This document shows, one piece after another, positions 36,434-43,596 of a stretch of 43,596 nucleotides of DNA; the stretch's first letter is position 1; every line of letters starts with the position of its first letter. A program made the position numbers and the translations under genes. The DNA lies in assembly GCA_002434805.1 (NCBI GenBank), contig DJKW01000002.1:1-43596 (forward strand), given 5' to 3'. This DNA comes from Patescibacteria group bacterium UBA6532. GTDB taxonomy: Bacteria > Patescibacteriota > Minisyncoccia > Minisyncoccales > UBA6532. The notes beneath the pieces were generated by a model that searched no databases, was not told where the DNA came from, and worked only from the letters and a program-made list of their open reading frames with translations.

Positions 36434-37432
36434 TTAGCTCTTCTTGACGAGTATTTTTTCATAATTCTTCTTTAACTTTTTGCGCTTTTTAATGCGGGAA
36501 ACGCGAATTAATCCCGAACAAGGAATAATATCGATTCCTCTTTTCTCTAGTTCATCTAAAAACAAATTAACTCCCAAAGAATCAGTAGACATATGACCGG
36601 CAATAACTACGTTTAAATTGGCAGCTTCAGCTTCTTTTTTGTGTTCTTCTGAAATATGCATGCCAACTACTGTGCCAATTCCAGCTTGAGCTAATTTTTC
36701 ATAAAGTTTTGGCGAACCCGATGCTCCGCCGGTAATTTCCGTCAAAGCAATTTTACCGCATCTATTTTCTTTATTGCCAACAAAAATCTTGGGGCCAGCT
36801 CCAATTTCTCCAGATCTTTTATATTCTTCAATTTCTTTTAAAAGACTCATTAAATCCTCGATTCTTTCGGGCTTTGCCTGATTTATTTTCTCTTTCAAAA
36901 AGTGAGCAGCCAAATTATCGCAGACAGTGTGAATACATATTAAATTAAATTTAAGAAGACGAGTAGTATCAACCGTTCTCTGGTGGTTGTCTGGATTTAA
37001 CCTCCTGACAACTTCAGAAATCTTTTCATTGGTTAATTTCTCAGCTATGTTAATTGGCACTCCGTACTGATTTAAAACATCTATTTGAAGATCCATTACT
37101 TCGTGTAAATTAGCCAAAGCTTTGCCCAAAGGATGGTGAGAAACAACTAAATCAATATTGCCTAGTTCTTTAGCTAATAAAATTTCAGCTGGATCAATCT
37201 CAATACCAACTAAAATTCTTTTTATCTCTTTGTCTTGGGATATATTTAAAACCCGCGTATCAGAATAAGGACTTATTAAGCTTTCTTTATCAAACCCTTC
37301 TTTTTCCTTATTGGAAAGCTTTTCAAATTTATCTTTTTTCCTTTTAAGCAGTTTTTTAATTTCCTTTTTTGAGCGGAAATCAGCTTCAATTCCCAATTTT
37401 ATTGCCAAATTGTAAATTTCTTTTATTTTCAT
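36434..37432 (-). CDS. NIF3/DUF34-like metal-binding protein
   Basis: PY.D, GIEI...E, SHHP.G, HT..DN, GMH, AGH.S.DS.G.N. Confidence 0.85.
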   Translation of the reverse strand: MKIKEIYNLAIKLGIEADFRSKKEIKKLLKRKKDKFEKLSNKEKEGFDKESLISPYSDTRVLNISQDKEIKRILVGIEIDPAEILLAKELGNIDLVVSHHPLGKALANLHEVMDLQIDVLNQYGVPINIAEKLTNEKISEVVRRLNPDNHQRTVDTTRLLKFNLICIHTVCDNLAAHFLKEKINQAKPERIEDLMSLLKEIEEYKRSGEIGAGPKIFVGNKENRCGKIALTEITGGASGSPKLYEKLAQAGIGTVVGMHISEEHKKEAEAANLNVVIAGHMSTDSLGVNLFLDELEKRGIDIIPCSGLIRVSRIKKRKKLKKNYEKILVKKS

Positions 37433-37626
37433 GCCTTAGTTAACGATAATTTTTCTTCAACAGGTTTCTTTTTATTGTCTTTACCTTCTAATTTATTAAA
37501 AAACCCTTGATAAAGTTCTTCAATTAACTTCTTTTCTTCTTTTATATCTAAAACTTCCCGGCGAATCCGAGATTTTTCTCTACGAATAAATTTCCTCACG
37601 CTTTTGGGAAGTCTTTTTTCTACCAT
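37429..37626 (-). CDS. Small basic hypothetical protein
   Basis: MVEKRLPKSVRKFIRREKSRIRR; stop overlaps the NIF3 start (ATGA-type). Confidence 0.7.
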   Translation of the reverse strand: MVEKRLPKSVRKFIRREKSRIRREVLDIKEEKKLIEELYQGFFNKLEGKDNKKKPVEEKLSLTKA

Positions 37627-37661
37627 AAAATTAAAATAATTTAATAATTCAACCATTAAAA

Positions 37662-39107
37662 TTACTCGCCTTTAATTACAGCTAATGGCACCAGTCTGGC
37701 CACTTTTTTAGAAAGTCCTGCCTTGTGTACTACTTCTACCACATTATCGATGTTTTTGTAAGCTAAGGGAGCTTCTTCGGCAATTCCCCTCATTGACTGA
37801 CATTTAATAATAATCCCTTTTTCTCCTAATCTTTTCACCACTTCCTCACCGGAAATAGTCCTAATCGCAGCTTTCCGGGACATGATACGGCCAGCCCCAT
37901 GGCAAGTCGAGAAAAAGGCCTCTTCTCCTTCTTTGGTTCCAACCAAGATATAAGAAGCAGTGCCCATGGATCCTGGTATTAAAACCGGCTGGCCCACTTT
38001 TCTGTATCTCTCTGGAATTTCAGGATGGCCTGGCGGGAAAGCCCGAGTAGCTCCCTTTCTGTGAACAGCAACCTCTGTTTCTTTTCCTTCAATAATGTAT
38101 TTTTCTTTTTTAATAATATTATGGGCAACGTCATAAAGAGGAATTAAAGGAGAAGATTTTTCTCCCAATACCGACTTCCACGCTTTTCTGATAAGATGAG
38201 CGATCATTTGACGATTAGCCCAGGCGTAATTTGCACCGCAAGCTGAAGCTGCCAATCCCCTCTGTCCTTCTGGCGAGTTAAAAGGAACGCAGGCAAATTC
38301 TTGGTCAGGAACTTTAATATTATATTTCCCCATCAATCCCATAAATTCTCGGATATAATCGGTGGCGATCTGATGGCCAAGACCCCGGCTCCCAGTATGA
38401 ATCATAATGACAATCTGGTCTTGAAATACGCCAAAAGCCTTAGCTGTTTCTTCATCAAAAACTTTTTCTACTCGCTGAACTTCCAAAAAATGATTACCAG
38501 ACCCCAAAGTTCCAACCTGGCTTCTTCCTCGGTTTTTCGCTCTGTCTGAAACAGCTGTTGCATCAGCCCCTTTCAACCTGCCTCCTGCCTCACAGTTTTC
38601 CAAATCCTCTTTTTCACCGTAACCCTGCTCCACTAATCTTTCTGCTCCATTTTCTAGAATTTTATTGATTTCTAAAACGTCAAGTTTTGTCTCCCTGCCC
38701 TTTCCCAGTCCAGAAGGCACTTCTTTTTGAATTTCAGTTGCCAACTTATCTAAATAGGGCTGAATATCTTTCAAGTAATAATTTGATTTCAAAAGCCTCA
38801 TCCCGCAATTTATATCATATCCCTGCATGCCAGGGGAGATAATGCCGTCTGACGTTCTTATGGCAGCTACTCCTCCAATTGGCGAAGCATAACCCTCATG
38901 CATATCTGGCATGGCTAAGCCGTATTTTTGAATTCCCGGCAAAGCGCACAAATTCATTAATTGAGAAATGGATCTGTCTTTAAACACCTCTTCTAGCATA
39001 TTTTCTGAAACATAAATCCTGGCAGGGACCCGCATATCCTTCCTTAAATCTTTGGGAACCTCCCATGACCAATCAGTAATTTTCTTAAAATCTTTTTTAG
39101 AAAACAT
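37662..39107 (-). CDS. rtcB: RNA 2',3'-cyclic phosphate/5'-OH ligase RtcB (long, archaeal-like)
   Basis: MPD.H.GY, GYDINCG, GTLGSGNHF, HTGSRG, HN, HRKGAT, PGSMG, HGAGR, EEAP.AYK. Start revised to MFSKKDF. Confidence 0.96.
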   Translation of the reverse strand: MFSKKDFKKITDWSWEVPKDLRKDMRVPARIYVSENMLEEVFKDRSISQLMNLCALPGIQKYGLAMPDMHEGYASPIGGVAAIRTSDGIISPGMQGYDINCGMRLLKSNYYLKDIQPYLDKLATEIQKEVPSGLGKGRETKLDVLEINKILENGAERLVEQGYGEKEDLENCEAGGRLKGADATAVSDRAKNRGRSQVGTLGSGNHFLEVQRVEKVFDEETAKAFGVFQDQIVIMIHTGSRGLGHQIATDYIREFMGLMGKYNIKVPDQEFACVPFNSPEGQRGLAASACGANYAWANRQMIAHLIRKAWKSVLGEKSSPLIPLYDVAHNIIKKEKYIIEGKETEVAVHRKGATRAFPPGHPEIPERYRKVGQPVLIPGSMGTASYILVGTKEGEEAFFSTCHGAGRIMSRKAAIRTISGEEVVKRLGEKGIIIKCQSMRGIAEEAPLAYKNIDNVVEVVHKAGLSKKVARLVPLAVIKGE

Positions 39108-39120
39108 AATATTCTGATGT

Positions 39121-40308
39121 TTATTTAAATTCTTCTCTTGCAATCTTCCTGTCATCCCAGGGGATTTTTTTCCCTTCAGCAAGACACATCCAAGGTTCCG
39201 ATCCCTTACCGGTAATAACGACCAGGTCTCCGGGCTTTGCCATTCCTAAAGCCTTGTTAATTGCTTGCCTGCGGTCTAATATTTGGTATAAATTTGGGTT
39301 GGAAATTCCAGATTCTATTTCAGATAAAATTTGCTTTGGGTCTTCATCGTAAGGATCTTCATTGGTTAAAATAATCTCCTGGCAATATTTATCAGCAATT
39401 TTACCAAGCTCTGGCCTTTTCCGCTTATCTCTTCCTCCTCCAGCTGCGCCTAAAACGCAGATTTTATTATTAGTATTAGGAAAATGATTATCTATGGCTT
39501 CGTAAACCTTTTCTAAGGCATCGGGAGTATGGGCATAGTCAACTATAACCATAAATGGTTTCTTAATTACTGTTTCCATTCGTCCCGGAATGCTTTTAAC
39601 CTTTTCCAACGCTTTTTTACAGGTCTCTAAGTCTATTCCCTGCGACAATCCAACCTGGATGGCTGCTAAAGCATTGTAGATATTAAATTCTCCAAACAAC
39701 TTTAAGTTCAAAGGTTGGAATTTAGAAATATCTTTCAGGCTGTAGCCAATTTTATTATTGGCCTGGAACTGCCAGAAATATTGAGAGTTTTTGTCGTCAA
39801 GATTAATAACATGAGTGCCTCTGCAGGATTTGAAAAGTTCTCCTTTGGATTTTTTGTATTTCTCAAAACTTCCGTGAGCTTCAATATGCTCTTTTGTTAA
39901 GTTTGTAAAAACAGCAGTATTAAAATCAATAAATTTGTGGCGGTGCTGTTTAATTCCTTCCGAAGTTACCTCTAAAACAGCGTATTTGCAGCCAGCTTTT
40001 ACTGCCTCCCTTAAAAACTTTTGTAATTTTAAACGGCCTGGCATTGTCATTTTTAAAGTATTTGGCCATTCTTTTTCAGCGATTTTAAGCTTAATAGAAG
40101 AAAGAGAAGCTGTTTTGTAGCCTGCCTCTTGAAGAATTAGGGTGAATAAATTAATAACGGTTGACTTCCCATTGGTGCCGGTTACCCCGATTACTATCAG
40201 CTCTTTGGAAGGGAATCCATAGAAAACAGCGCCAAGCAGAGCCAAAAACCAATGGTAAGTGCTTAATAAAAACGAGGGAATAAGTTTCTTTATTGATTCT
40301 TTAATCAT
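39121..40308 (-). CDS. murE: MurE-family UDP-MurNAc-tripeptide synthetase
   Basis: GVTGTNGKST, EVTS, FTNLT.EH, GRME, DYAHTPD, GG.RD..KR, DR..AI, TGKG.E. Confidence 0.88.
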   Translation of the reverse strand: MIKESIKKLIPSFLLSTYHWFLALLGAVFYGFPSKELIVIGVTGTNGKSTVINLFTLILQEAGYKTASLSSIKLKIAEKEWPNTLKMTMPGRLKLQKFLREAVKAGCKYAVLEVTSEGIKQHRHKFIDFNTAVFTNLTKEHIEAHGSFEKYKKSKGELFKSCRGTHVINLDDKNSQYFWQFQANNKIGYSLKDISKFQPLNLKLFGEFNIYNALAAIQVGLSQGIDLETCKKALEKVKSIPGRMETVIKKPFMVIVDYAHTPDALEKVYEAIDNHFPNTNNKICVLGAAGGGRDKRKRPELGKIADKYCQEIILTNEDPYDEDPKQILSEIESGISNPNLYQILDRRQAINKALGMAKPGDLVVITGKGSEPWMCLAEGKKIPWDDRKIAREEFK

Positions 40309-40352
40309 CACTTTAACTATAAATTAATTTAGCTTAAAAGAGAAGAATAAAT

Positions 40353-40389
40353 TTAAAAAGACTCCAGAAATAAACTAAAGTCTTTTTAA
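40353..40389 (-). terminator. Hairpin after tRNA-Ala
   Basis: TAAAAAGACT...AGTCTTTTTA inverted repeat. Confidence 0.5.
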
Positions 40390-40394
40390 GCTTG

Positions 40395-40465
40395 TGGACC
40401 CAGGCAGAATCGAACTGCCGTCTCTACAATGCGAATGTAGTGTTTTGCCGTTAAACTACAGGCCC
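40395..40465 (-). tRNA. tRNA-Ala(CGC)
   Basis: GGGCCTG/TGGGTCC acceptor stem with G3:U70; CTACA-TT-CGC-AT-TGTAG; GTTCGATT. CCA not encoded. Confidence 0.95.
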
Positions 40466-40749
40466 TTGAATTTTTCTTTTATTCTCTCAGCTTCCTTTTT
40501 TAATATTTCACCGTCGTATTCAGCCGAATGGGCTGGCGCTCCTTTGTAAATAGGTTTTTTTTGATCTAAGTGCAAGTTAAAATGCAAGTCTTTATTGTTT
40601 TTTAAATAAATATGGAATCTGGGATAATTTCCAAATCCCAATCGTTTTAAAAAAATTGATTCTTTCTTTTCTTGGGCATAAAAACGATAACCTAATTCTT
40701 GCAAAAGATTTGGAATGTTTTTATTTGGCTTTTCTAAGGTAAATTTCAT
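40456..40749 (-). CDS. Hypothetical protein
   Basis: 97 aa with conserved-looking GY, YPRFHIY, LHLDQK...Y.G..AHS.EY.G motifs; lies between two tRNAs. Confidence 0.8.
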   Translation of the reverse strand: MKFTLEKPNKNIPNLLQELGYRFYAQEKKESIFLKRLGFGNYPRFHIYLKNNKDLHFNLHLDQKKPIYKGAPAHSAEYDGEILKKEAERIKEKFKGL

Positions 40750-40756
40750 TAAAATG

Positions 40757-40827
40757 TCGGAGCGCCGAGATTCGAACTCGGGCTAAATCCTCCCGAAGGA
40801 CTCGTGCTGCCATTACACTACGCTCCG
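40757..40827 (-). tRNA. tRNA-Pro(CGG)
   Basis: CGGAGCG/CGCTCCG acceptor stem; AGTCC-TT-CGG-GA-GGATT; GTTCGAAT. CCA not encoded. Confidence 0.95.
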
Positions 40828-40830
40828 AAG

Positions 40831-41127
40831 CTACTTTGGAGGCAGAACATCTTTTAGAGGAAAATATATCTCTTTCTTTTTAGCGATGATTTTATAAACG
40901 TTCTCTAGGAAGTCGCCGCCGGCATAACCGATAATAAAAGCGAAGACGGCATTAACATTAAAGGCAGAAGCGACCAAAACGCCGACAATGCCGGAAATAA
41001 AAAGCATTGCCAAAAAGTAGGGGAGATTAAACCCGACGTTTTTATAAGAGAATTGGTGCTTTATAAAGCCGACCATTCCCCTGACAGCTCCTCCGCCAAA
41101 AGCAGCAATAATAATTAAAATAGTCAT
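40831..41127 (-). CDS. Small 3-TM membrane protein
   Basis: GGG.VRG..G and GYAGGDFLE motifs; hydrophobic helices. Confidence 0.75.
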   Translation of the reverse strand: MTILIIIAAFGGGAVRGMVGFIKHQFSYKNVGFNLPYFLAMLFISGIVGVLVASAFNVNAVFAFIIGYAGGDFLENVYKIIAKKKEIYFPLKDVLPPK

Positions 41128-41131
41128 GATT

Positions 41132-42595
41132 TTAAGTTACCCAGTATTTTTTCTTTGTCATTTCGTCTCTCTTTGTTTCTAATTTAGCTCTTCCTGTCTT
41201 GCCCTTTTCAGCCAAATCTTGAAGTTTTTTCTCGGATAATTCAGCTAATGCCTTAACTTTCTTTAAGAGAAATTCTTTCTTGTTGTTTTTGGGATCATCT
41301 AATACCTCTCCCAATAAAATATCCAGTACCTGGCCAACTTTGGGGCCGGGTTTTGTCTTTAAAATCTTCATGACATCGCCTCCGTTAACTTTCAGCATTT
41401 TAGCTGAAATTGGATCTTGGGAAACTTTTTCAATAATGTATTTTAAATGGCGCAATTTATATGGTTCCGCTTTAGGGACGCCCGATCCTATGCGGTCTGC
41501 CATTCTCACCTCTAATAATTCTTCCATATTTTCTATTCCCACTTGCCTGACTAATCTCCTCACTGAAGCTTCAGAAACCTCCCCAACATTGTAGTAAAAA
41601 AGATGGTATCTGACAAGCCTAACAATCTTTTCAATGTCTTTATTCGAAAATTTGAGCCGCTGAAGAATTTGGGCTGTCATTCTCGCCCCTACTATCTCGT
41701 GTCCGTAAAAAGTGGACTCTGACCCTTTTCCTGCTTTTACCCTGGGCTTGGCAATGTCGTGAAAAAGGCTGGCTAATCTGACGTATTTGTTAAAATTCTT
41801 CTTGACAGCATACTTTAAAGAAAGAAGATTGTGTTCATAGCATTCATAAACATGATGTTTATTCTGCCCAACACCATATCCTTCTTCCAGTTCAGGGACA
41901 ATATGCTTTAAAAGACCTAATTTTCTTAAAAGCTCAATACCGTCAGCTGCCCTCTCTGTTGTAATAATCTTCATTAGTTCATCCCTTATTCTTTCTTTGG
42001 AAATAACCCGTAAAAGCCCAGCGTTCTTTTGAATTGACTCTGAAGTTTTCTTTTCTATAGAAAAACCCAGGGTGGCAGCAAACCTTACAGCTCTCATCAG
42101 TCTTAAAGCATCCTCTTTAAATCTTTCTTCGGCATCTCCTACTGTCTTAATAACTTTGTTTTTTAAATCTTCCTGGCCGGAAAAAAGATCTATTACCTCC
42201 CATTTGCCATTGTCTTTTAATTCCAAAGCCATGGCATTAACGCTGAAATCCCTTCTTTTTAAGTCTTCTTTTAAAGTTTTGGCAAACTTTATTTGGTCGG
42301 GATGCCGTTTATCTGTATACTTTGCTTCTTCCCTAAAGGTAGTAATCTCAATTTCTTTTAAGATAGGGTTCTTGCTTTTAGTTTTGACCGTAACCGTAAA
42401 AAAGCTGTTTTCGTAAAAACTCTTGGGAAATATCTTTTTTATTTCTTCCGGCTTGGCATTAGTGGCAATATCCCAATCTTTGGGTTCAGCTCCTCTTAAG
42501 AAATCTCGAACACAGCCTCCAACTGCATAGGCCTTAAAACCTTTGGAATTTAGCTTAGAGATAACTTCTTTTACCTCTTTTGGAATATTCTTCAT
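41132..42595 (-). CDS. cca: Class II tRNA nucleotidyltransferase (CCA-adding) with HD domain
   Basis: VGGCVRD, D.D, EITTFR, RRDF..NAM, EDALR..R..RF, SKERI, FHDIAK. Start revised to MKNIP. Confidence 0.92.
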   Translation of the reverse strand: MKNIPKEVKEVISKLNSKGFKAYAVGGCVRDFLRGAEPKDWDIATNAKPEEIKKIFPKSFYENSFFTVTVKTKSKNPILKEIEITTFREEAKYTDKRHPDQIKFAKTLKEDLKRRDFSVNAMALELKDNGKWEVIDLFSGQEDLKNKVIKTVGDAEERFKEDALRLMRAVRFAATLGFSIEKKTSESIQKNAGLLRVISKERIRDELMKIITTERAADGIELLRKLGLLKHIVPELEEGYGVGQNKHHVYECYEHNLLSLKYAVKKNFNKYVRLASLFHDIAKPRVKAGKGSESTFYGHEIVGARMTAQILQRLKFSNKDIEKIVRLVRYHLFYYNVGEVSEASVRRLVRQVGIENMEELLEVRMADRIGSGVPKAEPYKLRHLKYIIEKVSQDPISAKMLKVNGGDVMKILKTKPGPKVGQVLDILLGEVLDDPKNNKKEFLLKKVKALAELSEKKLQDLAEKGKTGRAKLETKRDEMTKKKYWVT

Positions 42596-42656
42596 TGATT
42601 TTATATTAACCCAATTACTTGAATTTTTCAATTTTTATGGTAAAATAAAGCGCGAT

Positions 42657-42728
42657 GCCCCTGTGGTGAAATGGATATCATGCCGGTCTTCGAAACCGTT
42701 GTTGAGGGTTCGAATCCTTCCGGGGGCA
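42657..42728 (+). tRNA. tRNA-Arg(TCG)
   Basis: GCCCCTG/CGGGGGC acceptor stem; CGGT-CT-TCG-AA-ACCG; GGTTCGAATCC. TGGTAAAAT promoter upstream; CCA not encoded. Confidence 0.93.
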
Positions 42729-42759
42729 CATTATTTAAATAAAAGAAAATTGTTTGTTG

Positions 42760-42787
42760 CAGAAATTCTCCAGGATTTCTGTTTTTT
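42760..42787 (+). terminator. Intrinsic terminator after tRNA-Arg
   Basis: CAGAAATTCT/AGGATTTCTG stem followed by TTTTTT. Confidence 0.7.
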
Positions 42788-42845
42788 GATTTATCCTTGC
42801 TTTTTTATTTGTTTTGTTGTAGTTTAGTCTAGAGGAAAGATAGTT

Positions 42846-43490
42846 ATGAATGAAAAAGAAGCTTTAGAAATATTCAGTAAAGTCAACGCGATAATTACAG
42901 AAAATCACATCGTCTACACTTCAGGTAAGCACGGCCCAGCTTATATCAACAAGGACGCAGTCTATCCGCATACCAAGGAAACGTCTAAGTTATGTCTATC
43001 TATTGCAGAGCATTTTTTTGGCTACGACGTAGAAGTGGTTATCGCTCCTGCAATCGGCGGAGTAATCCTCTCACAGTGGATAGCACATCATCTCTCTGAA
43101 ATGATCGGTTATGAAGTATTAGGCGTTTATGCCGAAAAAACAGAGGATGGCAATGCTTTCATCATTAAACGCGGTTACGACAAACTCATTGCCGGAAAAA
43201 ACGTCTTGGTGGTGGAAGACGTCCTAACTACCGGCGGCTCGGCAAAAAAAGTCATTGAAGCAGTTCGTGCTCTAAAAGGCAATGTTATCGGCCTTGGCGT
43301 TCTCTGTAATCGCGGAGGAATCAAGCGAGAAGACGTAGCAAACCCACCAAAACTCTTTGCTCTTGTTAATGTCACGTTTGACGCGTGGGACGAAGCAGAA
43401 TGTCCGCTTTACGATAAAAACGTGCCAATCAACACAGACGTTGGCAAAGGCAGGGAATATCTAGATCGCAAGGAAAAAGATAAACAATAA
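42846..43490 (+). CDS. pyrE: Orotate phosphoribosyltransferase-like type I PRTase
   Basis: H....SG.H...Y..K, P..GG, YAEK, VLVVEDVLTTGGS PRPP motif, NR. Confidence 0.8.
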   Translation: MNEKEALEIFSKVNAIITENHIVYTSGKHGPAYINKDAVYPHTKETSKLCLSIAEHFFGYDVEVVIAPAIGGVILSQWIAHHLSEMIGYEVLGVYAEKTEDGNAFIIKRGYDKLIAGKNVLVVEDVLTTGGSAKKVIEAVRALKGNVIGLGVLCNRGGIKREDVANPPKLFALVNVTFDAWDEAECPLYDKNVPINTDVGKGREYLDRKEKDKQ

Positions 43491-43496
43491 GGGTAT

Positions 43497-43534
43497 AGCG
43501 GCATCCGTCATAAAAGACAAAGCCGCTTTTTTTT
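43497..43534 (+). terminator. Intrinsic terminator
   Basis: AGCGGC...GCCGCT stem followed by a T-run. Confidence 0.7.
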
Positions 43535-43596
43535 CAAAATAGAGCGCTAAAGTTGTTAATTTTCATTAATTAGTTTATAGTAAAATAATGAAATAT

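Noticed and set aside
624-43375. Numerous 60-150 aa ORFs antisense to or nested in long genes (e.g. 9380-9754, 29543-29998, 42072-42416, 19789-20040, 42543-42827)
   Set aside because: They are shadow frames of well-supported genes or tRNAs, Phe/Ser/Leu-rich, with no recognisable motifs.
1-43596. CRISPR array, IS element, integrase or prophage at the tRNA/tmRNA genes
   Set aside because: No repeat-spacer periodicity, transposase/integrase motifs or duplicated tRNA 3' ends were seen.
43588-43596. Possible gene start ATGAAATAT at the window end, after TATAGT
   Set aside because: Only three codons are visible, which cannot support a call.

Overview
This is a gene-dense, AT-rich core-chromosome segment. 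It looks like a Patescibacteria/CPR (Parcubacteria-like) bacterium; that assignment is inferred from gene content and architecture. I see no prophage, IS element or CRISPR array. The left part is translation housekeeping: tRNA-Ser, metG, alpha2-type glyQS, recO, ileS, argS, smpB-ssrA-infC-rpmI-rplT. Next come a polX-Nudix-alkyltransferase repair operon and a long redox block: sod, nrdJ, cobalamin adenosyltransferase, CDGSH protein, 2-oxoacid:ferredoxin oxidoreductase alpha/beta, an AhpF-like reductase, a DsbA-like protein, an uncalled 8-Cys microprotein and DUF1858. The right part is an archaeal/eukaryote-like RNA maintenance neighbourhood: rtcA, EndoQ-like nuclease, a Trm9-like methyltransferase head-to-head with Elp3, NIF3, rtcB, a CCA enzyme and four single tRNAs. 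Highlights: (1) Elp3 and the Trm9-like gene have abutting start codons (CATATG), suggesting a bacterial mcm5U34 pathway. (2) IleRS carries an intact histidine-phosphatase insertion, and all three class I synthetases with a HIGH motif here have non-canonical versions. (3) An AAGGTCG motif recurs about 30 nt upstream of small genes, once inside a structured leader of about 190 nt. (4) The tmRNA tag is 29 codons long. (5) Two ORFs use tRNA positions 8-10 (TAG) as their stop codon. (6) One membrane gene is frameshifted at a homopolymer. All calls come from motif recognition by eye; no database search was run.
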